A stretch of 63,973 nucleotides of DNA, the filler included, from Hyphochytrium catenoides (Eukaryota; Protista; Hyphochytriomycota), in assembly GCA_900088475.1 (NCBI GenBank). It is 14 parts of 14 records of this genome, joined end to end, with 100 filler letters (N's around TTAATTAATTAA, not from the genome) between each part and the next. Parts side by side here need not be neighbours in the genome. Positions count along the whole stretch, not along the records: positions 10,746 to 32,655 come from FLMG01001739.1; positions 32,756 to 34,027 come from FLMG01003411.1; positions 34,128 to 44,530 come from FLMG01003360.1; 11 more parts are not named here. One strand, 5' to 3'. Position numbers and translations under genes: made by a program. A model generated the notes under the pieces. That model saw nothing but the letters and a program-made list of their open reading frames with translations. It was not told the DNA's origin and searched no databases. Below, piece by piece: positions 23,221 through 35,107 of this stretch. Within the stretch, counting starts at the first letter, position 1. Each line of letters begins with the position of its first letter.

Positions 23221-25311
23221 TTGCCGGGAGTTGGGTTGGACCGCAGTGAAAGACGGAAGCACACTAAGCGCCTTATTTCTCGCATTCTCTACACAATGGG
23301 GGAAGTCGCAATCTGTGTCAGTCGATGCTTGTTAGTTATTGAGATAACAATATTATACCACCCGTCTCTTGAAATGTATCGTCAACCATCGATCACTGCT
23401 ACTTCTCCCCACCCGACCAGAAGCGCTGCTAGCTAGCTGCGGCCACATTATTGCTATGATTACACGGCAGACAGCAGCAGCGGCAGCAGCAACAGCAGCG
23501 GCGGCAGCGCCAGCAGCAGCAATGCACGAAGCAGCAGCACCTTGGATGAGGAGGAACTTTTTGATCCTTATTAGGCCTGATAATGAAGGTACCCTGCAGA
23601 GAAAGTAAGAGCAGCCTAATAAACCAGGAGCGGAGCTTGTTGAGGGGGAGGAGATAGAGGGAAAGGGCGAGAGAAGAGAAGAGGAGAGAGAGAGAGGGAG
23701 GAGAGAGAAAAGCGAGAATGAAAAGGCGGGAGGGGAAAGAGGAAGAGGAAGAGAGAGAGGGGAGAGCGAGAGAGAGAGGATAGTGACAGAGAGAGAGAGA
23801 CATAGAAAGAAAGAGGAAGAGGAAGAGAGAGGGCAGACGTCGACAAAGGAGCGATGAGGCTGCCTGCTCTCTTAAATGATCTGTAACATGATCAGGGAAG
23901 TAGAAAGAGCTGCCATGCAAGCATCCGCAAGGCAATGGCCGCACAATCATAGGTAGTCAACTGCCACCACGTTTCTTTTCCTGCTTAAGGGTTAGGGTTA
24001 GGAGGGAGATAGAGAGATAGATAGATAGAGGGAGAGAGGGAGAGAAGTGCAAGAAAGAGAGAAGCAGGAGCGTGTGAGACAATATCAGAGAGAGAGAGCG
24101 ATAGAGAGGAGAATGATGAAGAAAAGGGAGGGCGGCGAGAAAAGAAGAGGACTGAGCAAGATGGGACTGAGGAAAATGAAGAGAAGAGGCACAGACCTAG
24201 TGATGTTTCTGGTCACTAAAGGGCCACACTTGACTCCTCGCTCCTTTCTTTCAGCCCGGTAGCTCTTGTTGGTGGGACGGGCAGTGTCGGGTGGCAGTTA
24301 CTTAGGAGCAATAAGGCGAGATGAAGTAGTTCTTTTTGAGAAGGGCGACCTCCTGGTGCGGCGTTCCTGTGAATTTATGTCCGCCCTTCGTCTTCCTCAT
24401 TCTCTTCTTTCCCCGTGCTGCTCATACGTATTGTTATTGAGGTCTACCTCGTCTTCTTCTTAGGCTTCGTGTCGCTTGCTTTCCAAGCCCTTCTCTGCTT
24501 ACTCTATTGTATGGGTCTCCTGCTAGTCTGCTTTTCATAGAGATGGAGCAATTGTGCAGAACGCAAAGAAAGGCGTAACTTAGCAGTAGTTACCACCCCT
24601 TCGTGGAGCCACTAGAGTTTTCATCACACTTGGCTCATCAGTTAATCCCTTTCAGAAGCACGCCGCCATCGGCTCTGCAGCCCATTACATCTTTTGCATC
24701 TCCTTCTTCATCACTTATTCTAGGTCTAAGAAGCAGCGTAAATAAAGCTGTCGCGTAGCCTGCCGCCCGGTTTCTTGTTGTCCTCTCCTCTTCTAGCAAA
24801 AACATCTCTTCTATGAACGTACATTCTCTCTCTTCCTCTTGATTCGCTTCCATGGACCTCGTGTCGTCCTGCCTGCTGCCGTCGACACTGAAAGAGCACC
24901 AGACTGTCCTGAGTGGAATTTGAAGGGGCCTGCCCTTGTCCTCAACCAGGTTCACCCTATTGGGCCCTGACGGTGTACCACTGCCTTCCTCTTACTGCCC
25001 AGCTACAATGGCAGGCTGCCGTCTTCGAGTGGGGGACACACACCATACAACCTCTTCATAGAGCCTAGTTCTATAGAAAGGAGAGAGGCACAAGTCACCG
25101 TAGACAGAAGCGAAGGAATGAAAGGAAAATGACAGAGCCGAGAAGTGGAAAGAGACAGGGGGACGGTAACAACGATGAGTAGACACTACGACTGTCTCTA
25201 CTGACATTTGTAAGGATTTGTTGCCTCGTGGAACCGACTCTTCCTTCTTGCCTTCGGTTTAGCTTTCTTGCCCCCTCGAGTCTCATCGTGGAAAAGCGGA
25301 ACATCACTTTC

Positions 25312-25394
25312 TGCTCACTCCGCCACCAGTGTCGGGCCACAAGGTGGGGACAAGGTGCTCACTCCGCCACCAGTGTCGGGCCACAAGGTGGGGA
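25312..25394. repeat. Tandem duplication, 44-bp period
   Basis: tgctcactccgccaccagtgtcgggccacaaggtgggga at 25312 and 25356. Confidence 0.85.
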
Positions 25395-26432
25395 GAGAAG
25401 GGAGGAGGAACTTGAAAGTGAGGCGCAGCAGAGGTCATTAGACGAAGGATATCAGATAGTATGGCCGGGAGCTGAGGTAGGGAGGGGACTACACAGAGCA
25501 AGTAAGGCAGGAGGAATGTCCTTGGCCGTGTGAGAGAAAGTATAGTAGATGGGAGAGGAGAGAGGGAGGGGCGAAGAAAAGAGAGAGAAAGGGGAAGGAG
25601 AGAGAGAGGTAGAGAGAGAGGAAGGGACTCTGAAGGGACTACATGCCGAGAGGAAAGCGTCAATAGAGCTGTCGTGAACAACTGTCTCTATCGAACGATA
25701 GGCTGTCGAGGACGACCGTCGTCTTAATTTAGCATCCTCATATCGATTACTCTGGATTGCCCATCCTCTTTGTCTTCACAATTCAGTTTTCATTGTGCCG
25801 TATCTCTCTCGCCCTCAGCACCTCATCTAAATTCCTAGCAGTCTTGCTCTCCCTCTTTCTCCCTTTCTGTTTGTTTTCCTTCATATTTTCTGCAGGTAAC
25901 TCTCCATCTCTCTCTCTCTCTCCCCCTCTCTCTCTTTCTNNNNNNNNNNNNNNNNNNNNNNNNNNNNNNNNNNNNNNNNNNNNNNNNNNNNNNNNNTTTC
26001 TCTTCTCCCGTCCTTCTGTTTCTGCTATTTTCGTCGGTCAAACGTTTGCCTGTCTGCAGCTCTCTCTCTCTTCCTGTTCAGTAACACTCTTTCCTCTTAG
26101 CCTCTCTGCCTTTGGTAGGCCTTCTGGACCGTCGTCTATAGCTCCTCAAGTTCCCTGCTTTTTCCTGCAATACTCTCTCTCAATTAAATTGCCAATAGTA
26201 AACAATGTTGCCTAGTTTCCCTCTCTGACGGCTTCTCAGTCTGAGTTTCTTCTTAATTGTCAGAAGCTCTCACTTCGAGCTCTCATTCCATTAACTGGCA
26301 TCTGCCTTTCTCCTGCTTGACCACTCTTCTATCTCCTAGCCGAGTGTAAAACGGCGACCCTCCAAGACTTCAACCTCCCACTGCCTGTTCTCCCGCTCTG
26401 CTCTTGCCATCAAGTGCGTGTCGGGCTAACCG

Positions 26433-26679
26433 TGTTGGAACAGTAGTAGACACTGTTCAAATAAAGCGAGTTTGCTCAGATTAGGCGAGTGTCTTGCAAG
26501 AGGTTGATTGGTGTGATACCAAGTATCTGGTAAATTGATGAGTGAGTATTGATAGAGGTTTTACGATAGAACTACTTGNNNNNNNNNNNNGTAGCTGCCA
26601 GCCAATCTGCTATAGTCATGTTCGTTGACATTCTTTCTACTCCCACATTGATGAGTGTGAGAGTCCTACTGCTCCAACA
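26433..26679 (-). repeat. 3' LTR of copia element (middle collapsed into an N gap)
   Basis: Both ends match the 5' LTR. Preceded on the minus strand by the polypurine tract TCAGGGGGAG. Confidence 0.93.
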
Positions 26680-26725
26680 CTCCCCCTGACTCTTGCGCTC
26701 TAATACTCTGGAGTAATGGTTCTGC

Positions 26726-28292
26726 CTAACTGCTGACAGAAGGAGCAGAAGGAGGTGCAAGAACTCCAAGTTTGGATCTAAGATGCTGGAATGCACCTCT
26801 TGATAGTCCTTTGGTAAGGATATCAGCGACCATCTTCTCCGTAGGACAGTAGACAGGTGTGATCTGCTTCTGTTGGATCTTCTCCCTTATAAAGAAGAAC
26901 CGTACATCAATGAACTTGGATCTTCCAGGAGGGTCCGCTATCTTCGAACAGAGCTTAATACAAGACTGATTGTCTTGCCAGATGGTGGTAGGAGAGGATT
27001 GAGGATGGCCCAGTTCATCAAGCATAGATCTAAACACGAAAGTGTGAATGATCGCTGCTGTGAGGGACACACACTCTGCAGCGGTGGTTGAGAGAGTTAC
27101 CAACGACTGCTTCTTGGACCTCCATTGAAAGGCTCCCGTACCCAAGGTGCAGAAGTATCCAGATATAGACTTCCTGCTAGTTGGGCAATTGGCCCAGTCT
27201 GCGTCTGCGAATGCCTCTAGCTTGACGACTGCCTCTGCTGGATTGTCCCCCCTGCTCCCTCCAAGAACTAGCTCATAGTCCTTAGTACCCTTTAAGTACC
27301 TTAGTACTCTTTTCACCGCTGACCAGTGTTCTTGATTGTATCCGCAGTTAAACTGGCCGAGATATCCTACGATGTATGCAAGATCCGGCCTCGTGGCCAC
27401 CATCAGATACATTAGGGCTCCCACGGCCTCGCGGTAAGGGACAGTGGCCGGAGNNNNNNNNNNNNNNNNNNNNNNNNNNNNNNNNNNAGACCTAGGAAGT
27501 AGTGAAGCTCTCCAAGGTCCTTGATCTCAAAGGCCTCTTTAAGCTTGCTCTTCAGGGTGTTCATCTCTTGAAGACTCGAGGCAAGCAGCACCATGTCATC
27601 GACGTATACTGCAACTATAAGCAGCACTGGTTGCCCACTTGGTGAAGTTGACCGTTGTAAGTACACGCAAGGGTCAAAGGTAGAGGCTTTAAAACCTTGT
27701 TCTGTAAGGAAGGAGTCCAGCTTACGATTCCATTGCCGAGGGCTCTGTTTCAGCCCGTAAAGGCTCTTCCTTAGTCTGCAAACTCTCTTGTCTCCATCCT
27801 TCCAGGGGGTTGCTCCATATAAATCTCTTCTTCAAGATCCCCAAACAGAAATGCGGAACAGACATCCATTTGGTGCGCTTCTAGATCCAAAATTGCTGTC
27901 AGTGCAAGAAGCAAGCGCAGAGAGTCGAAGTGTATCACTGGCGCAAAGGTCTCTTGGTAATGGAGTCCATACTTTTGGGTGAAACCTTTCGCTACCAAGC
28001 GCGCCTTATACCGTTCAATGGTACCATCGCTCTTGAGCTTGACTTTGAACACCCAGCGCGCTCCTACGATGCCCTTCCTATCAGTAGGAGGATCTTGGAG
28101 ATCCCGCACACGTAGTCTTTCCATCGCGTCCATTTCTTCCTTCATCGCTTGCTTCCACTCTGAAGCATCGGGACGGTTAAGAGCTTCCTCGACGGTTTTT
28201 GGTTCGCTTGCCAGCAATGGGATACCCTCTAAACTGTTCAGCTGCCCTTGTTCCAGCAGCTTAGACTTGCTCCTCGTCATAGGACCAGCCAC
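26726..28292 (-). pseudogene. Copia reverse transcriptase / RNase H, broken by a frameshift (~27800) and a gap
   Basis: EPKTVEEAL, RYKARLVAKGFTQ, QMDVCSAFL, KSLYGLKQSPRQW (shifted frame), VYVDDM, TRPDLAY, ADADWA, WQDNQS, ADILTK. Confidence 0.9.
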
Positions 28293-28315
28293 CGAGTTAC
28301 GAGTTCGAAGTTACT

Positions 28316-30973
28316 TCATCTTCCTCCTCCTCTGAGCATTCTTCCTCTGCCGAGGAGGGGTCGTAAAGAGAGAAGTCGTCCGTGTTCTCTTCTGGTACGT
28401 TTAGGTCGTTTTCCTCCTCTGACACTTCTCCCCCGCGACGAACCGGGTGAAGGATAACTCCAGCCAGTTGGAGAGAGAGTAGGAGAGATAGAGAGAGAGG
28501 GCGGAAGTCCGCGCACCGCTTCATTGAAACGGACTGTCCGACGCTCAATGATCTGGTGAGTGTCAGGATCATACAGGCGATAAGCAGGTAGCGCAGCATG
28601 GTACCCTACAAAGAGATAGGGCTTGGACTTGGGGTCAAGCTTTTTACGTTGACCTTCAGGGAGGAGAGCATAGGCGCGACAACCAAAGACGCGAAGATGG
28701 CGAAGATCCGGTTTCTTGTGAAACCATGCTTCAAAGGGGGTCTGGTTGTCCAGTGCTTTGGTTGGGCTGCGATTGCGGAGATAAACGGCCGTGGCCATGG
28801 CCTCCGCCCAGAACGGCAAGGGGAGCGAGGCTTCGTGGAGGAGGCTACGAGCGGCCTCCATAAGAGTGCGGTTGCTGCGCTCAGCCACGCCGTTCTCTTC
28901 AGGGGTGTGAGGGATGGTGGGCTGAAGGTCAATGCCGTTCTGATAGCAGAATTGCTTAACCGCCTCGGAAACATACTCCTTTGCGTTGTCACATTGGAGA
29001 ATGTGCATTTTCTTACCGCCGGTGGCAGCAGTGGCCCAGGCATGAAAGGCAGCAATACGGCCAGCTACCTCAGCTTTCTTACGCATAAAGTAGACCTGGA
29101 CCAAATGCGTAGCTTCATCAATGAAGGTGATCCAGTGTACAGCCCCAGAGAGAGAAGGGACATGTACAGTACCTACATCCGTGTGTACGCGCCAGAGAGG
29201 TTCTTGGGCATGGGGACTGCTCCTTACTTTGGGAACAGGAGCCCGGGCAAGTTTGCCGAGCACACAGCCTTCGCAGAAAGGGTCAGGGGAACTGGCAGTA
29301 TTAAGAGCAATGCCAGTCGCCATGGAAGGTAGACGCCGAATGTCGCGGTGATTAAGGTGGCCAAGACGGCGATGCCATAGCATAACAGAGCCTTTAGATA
29401 GATCACCGCTGCCACCCATGATAGCATTGGCCTGGACATCGTGGTGGGCGGGAGGGATTGAGACATCCCAAGAGCAGTAGTGAACTCCGTTACGGTTGAA
29501 GCTCACTTTCAACCTGGACTTTCCCTGATATCGGACAAGCCAAATCTGGTCTTCCAGAGAGAACTTCGTACTCCTGTCTCCGTCTAACTGCAAATGCTCT
29601 CGCGCTTTTTGGAGAGACAGTAGGTTCTTAGGGAAATTGGGGATATATAGAACATCCCTCAGGATCCAAACCTCTGAGGAGCCTGGCCTTTGGAGGTGGA
29701 TATTACCAATGCCATGCGCGGTAATAACCTCGTTCGTAGCAGTGAAAAGTTCAGTGCCATGAGCTTCAGTTCGGAAGCTGGAGAACCATTCCCGGTGCCC
29801 AGTGACATGTTCAGATGCACCAGAGTCCAGGATCCAGTGCCTGCTCTCGTCAAAGTTGTTGGCACTGGCTGCTGTCGAACAGAGATTAGCTTTTGTAGAA
29901 GATGGAGATGCTGAGTAAGCTGTGCCATAGGCAGGTGCCTCATCCTCTTCCTCTGTTGAAGATTGTTTGGGCTGCTGCTGTCTTTTGGTGGAGTTGGCAG
30001 CTTGCCTCTTTTGGTCCCCCTTCTTTTTCCTAGAAGTCCAGCCATCAGGTCTTTGATCTGCATTCTCGGGTAGCTCCCAGCAGCGCTCAGAGCGATGAGT
30101 GCTGTAACCACAATGAGAACACTTGCGCTTGCCCGTTTCGGGTTTCTCCCCCTTCTTAGTTTCTCCTATGTGGTTCGCCTGTCCAACCGGACCGCCATTT
30201 CCAGGAGGATTAGTTGGTGGCTTCTTCTTTCTGGATAGGTATCGGAGGTTGGCCTCTGAACTTAGAAAGCTTCTGGTTTCTTCCAAGCTTAGAGGCTCCG
30301 TTCTTATGCGAAGGGTTTGTACCTGCGTATCATAAGATGGCGGTAGTCCTTGAAGGTGATTCGCTACAATGAAACTTTCCTCAAAGCGATTTTTATCTGC
30401 ACGGAAAGCTTGAAAGATCTGCCGACAAATTCTCTCTTTTTCTGAAAGATATCTGATCATGGCTTCTCCGGAAGCTCCTTCAGGTAGCCTGATTCCACTC
30501 AGCTGGTCCAGTAGATATAGCAGATTCCTAGGCTCCTTGTTTTCATACTGACTTTCCAAAGTAAGCCAGGCCTTTCGTGCAGTTGGACAGTCGAGAATCA
30601 GGTGGATGATATCATCACTGATGTGACGCATTAATATGCTCAGGGCCTTTTGGTCCTGTTGGATTATCTTTTGGACATTCACATTTGAAGGGATATTGAA
30701 GGCAGTCTTCTTCGTCTGCTTCTTCTCCTTCTTAACAGAGGTCTTTCCCTCTTCTTCAGAGGTGGGGGTTGGCTCTTCGCCAACTGACTCGTCTTCTTCA
30801 GAGAGCTTCTTCTGTCTATCTCTGAGAAATCCGTCCATGTCGTAAGTTCCATCAACGTAGATTCTGAGATCATTCTCTGCGAGAATGCCTCTGATGCGAA
30901 CCTTCCAGATCTGGTAATTTCTGGCTCCCTTCAGTTTAGAGATTGAGGTATCGTCTCGTGTGATGGATGACAT
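28316..30973 (-). CDS. Copia gag-protease-integrase polyprotein (frameshifted after integrase)
   Basis: KLKGARNYQIWK gag start; zinc knuckle CSHCGYSTHRSERC; protease WILDSGASEH; LWHRRLGH...CEGC; integrase VHTDV, QCDNAKEY, NGVAERSNRTL; SH3-like HLRVFGCRAY...KLDPKS. Confidence 0.93.
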   Translation of the reverse strand: MSSITRDDTSISKLKGARNYQIWKVRIRGILAENDLRIYVDGTYDMDGFLRDRQKKLSEEDESVGEEPTPTSEEEGKTSVKKEKKQTKKTAFNIPSNVNVQKIIQQDQKALSILMRHISDDIIHLILDCPTARKAWLTLESQYENKEPRNLLYLLDQLSGIRLPEGASGEAMIRYLSEKERICRQIFQAFRADKNRFEESFIVANHLQGLPPSYDTQVQTLRIRTEPLSLEETRSFLSSEANLRYLSRKKKPPTNPPGNGGPVGQANHIGETKKGEKPETGKRKCSHCGYSTHRSERCWELPENADQRPDGWTSRKKKGDQKRQAANSTKRQQQPKQSSTEEEDEAPAYGTAYSASPSSTKANLCSTAASANNFDESRHWILDSGASEHVTGHREWFSSFRTEAHGTELFTATNEVITAHGIGNIHLQRPGSSEVWILRDVLYIPNFPKNLLSLQKAREHLQLDGDRSTKFSLEDQIWLVRYQGKSRLKVSFNRNGVHYCSWDVSIPPAHHDVQANAIMGGSGDLSKGSVMLWHRRLGHLNHRDIRRLPSMATGIALNTASSPDPFCEGCVLGKLARAPVPKVRSSPHAQEPLWRVHTDVGTVHVPSLSGAVHWITFIDEATHLVQVYFMRKKAEVAGRIAAFHAWATAATGGKKMHILQCDNAKEYVSEAVKQFCYQNGIDLQPTIPHTPEENGVAERSNRTLMEAARSLLHEASLPLPFWAEAMATAVYLRNRSPTKALDNQTPFEAWFHKKPDLRHLRVFGCRAYALLPEGQRKKLDPKSKPYLFVGYHAALPAYRLYDPDTHQIIERRTVRFNEAVRGLPPSLSISPTLSPTGWSYPSPGSSRGRSVRGGKRPKRTRREHGRLLSLRPLLGRGRMLRGGGR

Positions 30974-31029
30974 GGTTATAATCGGATATTACCAGCCTAC
31001 TTGCCAAGACAGATCCGCTATAGCAATCA

Positions 31030-31043
31030 GTGGGCCCATAACC
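31030..31043 (-). promoter_or_regulatory. Primer-binding site complementary to the internal (anticodon-arm) half of tRNA-iMet
   Basis: The minus strand reads LTR-CA|GGTTATGGGCCCAC. This is the GGTTATGGGCCCA-type PBS known from Drosophila copia/Ty5/Osser-like elements. Confidence 0.85.
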
Positions 31044-31457
31044 TGTTGGAACAGTAGTAGACACTGTTCAAATAAAGCGAGTTTGCTCAGATTAGGCGAA
31101 TGTCTTGCAAGAGGTTGATTGGTGTGATACCAAGTATCTGGTAAATTGATGAGTGAGTATTGATAGAGGTTTTACGATAGAACTACTTGTTAGAGCTGAT
31201 GGCAGTAAGTACTATCTACAGATAAGGGGGAGAAGAAGAAGGGAAACAACAGTAAGAAGAAGGTGATAAGATACTGTCAATGTGGAACGGACTTGACTAC
31301 TTGGATGGTGTTGAAGGTGCCTGAGGCACGAGCTCCTTATCCTGGACAGCATGTGATATGCCGAACTTGTAGCTGCCAGCCAATCTGCTATAGTCATGTT
31401 CGTTGACATTCTTTCTACTCCCACATTGATGAGTGTGAGAGTCCTACTGCTCCAACA
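31044..31457 (-). repeat. 5' LTR of copia element
   Basis: TG...CA termini. Matches the other LTR at 234 of 235 comparable positions (G26489 vs A31100). Confidence 0.95.
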
Positions 31458-32755
31458 AACCGAATTCCAGGTAGCAGCTTTCCTTTCCCTTTTGGCCTGA
31501 GCGTCAACGTTTGCCTAATTCCAGCGCTTCTTTATCACCTCATCGCTTCTCTTTGTTCTATCGGCTTTCTCTTCTAGAGTTGTAAGATTAAGGGGGAAGG
31601 CCCTGATGGGCCCTGATGGGATGCTTGACCACAAGTGCTGAAACTGAGCTCCTTTCACTCCTATACCCTCTTTCATTTCTTTAGGGTGACGGCTCCTCTC
31701 AGAAACATAATTAAAAACCGTGGTATAAGATCTTCGAGCTCCTGGGGTAGTCTTAATATTATAGGTAAAACCAGTCTTTGGACAGCCTAAGGTCATGATA
31801 AACACTTCTTCAAACAACACAATAAAATAAAAAGGAGGTCAGAAAGGAGACATTTTGTGCTCAGTTTGGCGCCAAGTTCATCACAAAAGTTGCGCTGCTG
31901 CTGATGAAGATTCTTCAAGAAGCTCCTTGTGTCGTCGTCCTCTGTTCAGAGCTTTCTTCGTACGGTGCTTGCCATAACCATCATGGAAGCCAGCAGCACC
32001 CAAGCCCTTGTCGGTTATTAGAGCATCTGCTCATTATCACCAGCAGGCATTGGTCCAAAAGGGAGAAAGCCTAACAGCAGAGGATTGCGTGGACAGCAGC
32101 TCTCGAAAGCAGAGAAGCAACAGAAGCTCTTAGATGGCCTAGCGCAGTCTTTGAATAAGTTCTTTCAGCTGTTCCAAGCCCAACCCAGATTGGTACTTAG
32201 TTCAAATCAGTTTGCAGGGTTTCGATCCTTCTTGGAGGATGACATAGGTGTAACCGCAAACCAGCTAGATCGGCTGCATGTGACAACAACTACTGGTGCG
32301 ACAAATGCCAAGAAGAGGAGGAAGTCAAAGGAGATAATAGCATCGCCGGCAGCAGTTATCCAGCGAGGCGGAGAAGAAGAGAAGACGGCTGCTGCATCTC
32401 TATCAGGTCCTAATAAGAGTAGTGACGAGGACGACGAAGATTCGATGATGCCAATCTCTTTCCTCTTGACCAAGAAGAGCAAAAAGAAGAGGGCAGCAGA
32501 AAATGGAGAATCTGAGCCTGCCGAAACAAGACAAAGAAGAAGATCACACGAAAGGCTTCAACTCCCAGAAGGCGCAAACTCACTGCACGAGAGGTGGGAG
32601 CAAAGCCTTGAATACTCCTATCAGATATTGCTCTCTTCCATCTACTAACAAAGATNNNNNNNNNNNNNNNNNNNNNNNNNNNNNNNNNNNNNNNNNNNNT
32701 TAATTAATTAANNNNNNNNNNNNNNNNNNNNNNNNNNNNNNNNNNNNNNNNNNNN

Positions 32756-33767
32756 CCCTCAGGATCTTGAGCATAATAAAGTCTCCAATAGCCTTGGGGA
32801 CACGGAGACCGGACGCCAGTGTCTCTGCATTGTGATGCTCTGCCGCCTCTCTCTCTCCTCTCTCAAACGCTGTGACGATGGGGCAGCAGCCCGCAGCCTG
32901 GACAGAGACCATCCGCGGCCTCTCTTTCCCGATCCAGCCGAGTCTCTCCATCTCTTCAAAGGCTTTCCACATCCCGACCAGGCCCGTCCCGCCGCCCGTG
33001 GGATAAAGAATAACGTCCGGTAACGTCCATCCAAGCTGTTCGGCCAGCTCGTAGCCCATGGTCTTCTTGCCTTCCACTCGGTAAGGCTCCTTCAGCGTCG
33101 AAACGTCCCACCAGCCGTTAGCGGCCTTCTGGCGGGCGACTTCGGCTCCACAGGCGGTGATGAGGCCGTCGACGAGTGTGACGTGCGCACCCATTTCCAC
33201 ACACTCGATTTTGTTGGCTAAAGGCGTATCTTGGGGCATAAAAATGTGCGCTTCCATTCCGGCGCGTGCGGCATAGGCAGCCAAGGCTCCAGCGGCATTG
33301 CCCGCGGAAGGGACTGCAAGCTTTTTGAAGCCTAGTTCCTTGGCCATGGAGACAGCCATACAGAGGCCTCGCGCCTTGAAAGAGCCCGTAGGATTGAGAG
33401 ATTCATCCTTGACGAAGAGCGAAGAGAGCCCGAGAGAGGCACCGAGGCGAGGGAGAGAGAGAAGAGGAGTCATCCCTTCTCCTAGAGAGACAATATTCTC
33501 GTCCCTGGTGACTGGAAGCACTTCTCGATAGCGCCAGAGAGAGAGCGGTCGAGAAGCGAGCACAGACTTGGTGAGGGTTTGTGCGGCCCGTTCGAGGTCA
33601 TAGTGCGCAAAGAGGGGCTTTCCGCAGTCTTTCCCGGTGCAGACTGTGAGGGGCTGGTGCGGTTCATAGTGCGCTCCACATCGCGTGCAAGTGAGATGCG
33701 TGAGGGCACTGCCGCCGCTGCTGTTACTGGCGGTCGACGAGGAGGTCGCCGAGGTGGAAGAGACCAT
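32756..33767 (-). CDS. thrC: Threonine synthase (PLP-dependent, bacterial class-I-like), intronless, C-terminus cut by contig edge
   Basis: ATG at 33767 and a short Ser/Thr leader. N-terminal CxxC...CxxxxC Zn-ribbon, SLWRYREVLP, SLGEGMTPL, KDESLNPTGSFKARG (PLP Lys), PSAGNAAGALAAYAARAG, EPYRVEGKKTMGYE, YPTGGGTG. Confidence 0.9.
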
Positions 33768-34805
33768 GGCAGGGGCGAAAAGTGAGAAAAGAAAAAGGAT
33801 CTCTGTAGCTTCTCTTCTTCTTTTCACGTTTGCTTTCTTTCCCTTTCTCCTGTTCCCTATTCTTGTCGTCTGGCCGTCGCAAAGGGACAGTAGTAGTAGT
33901 GGGAAGAAGATTGCAAAGTGATGTGGTGAGGCGATCGGATGGCGGTTAGGGAGAGCAGCAAGAGGAGAGAGAGAGAGTGAGGGACTGCGTGCCCTGAACT
34001 ACTATGTAAGTAATAATACTGACCGAANNNNNNNNNNNNNNNNNNNNNNNNNNNNNNNNNNNNNNNNNNNNTTAATTAATTAANNNNNNNNNNNNNNNNN
34101 NNNNNNNNNNNNNNNNNNNNNNNNNNNGATGGATAGATAGATAAATTAGTTCTAGTAGAAGGGGAAAGAGAAACAAAGACAAAGAAAAGTAGAAAAGTGA
34201 AAACGGAAAGGAGCGGTTGAAGTGCCTCTTGATACGCCAGAGAAGAGAGAGAGAGAGAAGAAGAGAGAGAGAGAGAAGAAGAGAGAGAGAGAAAGGTTGC
34301 ATCGTTATGTGGTAGCAAACCGATACTAAGATAACAGCCGCCAAAAGGAGCTTCATGGCAAGATCTAATGTCTTTCCGAGAGGGCACTTGCTTTCCTGAC
34401 AAACGTGGAAGAGGACAGTGAGAGAGAGAGGCAGCATTTTGCTCTAGAGAAGAAGAGTAAGAAAGAGTCTTTCCTCACTTTCTTTTTGCCTCTCTCCCTA
34501 GGTCTTATAATAACTGACAGGACAGGAGACACGAGTGGATGATCCAGTTTGAAGAGGTTCCAGCGTGGTAACATCTCTACCAGGGAGAGACACTTCATGG
34601 CCTTTCTTTCTTCTCTTCCTTCATCGCTGTCTGTCCCTCATCAGGGATTGTTCCCGGGAAGTGATCCTTCCTCTCAAGATTTTAAGGGAGAGACACCGGA
34701 TGGAAGAAGAGTTTGCAGGAAACTGATAGGTAGATCACTTCGTGAAGAAAACAGTCCTGTCAAATGAGGACAGCAATGAAAGAGAAGAGAGAGAGAGAGA
34801 GAGGA

Positions 34806-34836
<31 letters not shown>

Positions 34837-34849
34837 GAGAGGGAGAGAG

Positions 34850-34900
<51 letters not shown>

Positions 34901-35107
34901 AAAAGGTTGTGATATGTATATCCGGTGCATGGGAGGATGTGACCTCTCTTCTTTTTCCCTTTCGTCTCTCTTTCTCTTTGCATGTTATCAGAATAACCTG
35001 TTGACACTACTTCTCTTGCATGTTACTCCTTTATCTTTGCATTTCTCTAGGTAGCTGACTCTCTCCCGACGAGGGAGAGACTCTCTCCTTACCCTCAATA
35101 TCTCAGT

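Larger units (their letters stand above)
26433..31457 (-). mobile_element. Full-length Ty1/copia LTR retrotransposon with 5-bp TSD
   Basis: LTRs TGTTGG...CCAACA at 26433-26679 (partly gapped) and 31044-31457 (414 bp). TSD AACCG at 26428-26432 and 31458-31462. PBS at 31030-31043, PPT at 26680-26689. Domain order is gag-PR-IN-RT-RH. Confidence 0.96.

Noticed and set aside
28598-30335. Plus-strand ORFs (e.g. 244 aa at 28598) inside the copia element; likewise antisense ORFs over PI-PLC and thrC
   Set aside because: Antisense shadows of real coding sequence with no independent motifs.
31515-32648. ORFs of 101 aa (-) and 187 aa (+) beside the LTR
   Set aside because: Non-ATG starts, no recognisable domain, and stops in the continuation across the insertion site. 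Probably decayed TE or gene sequence.
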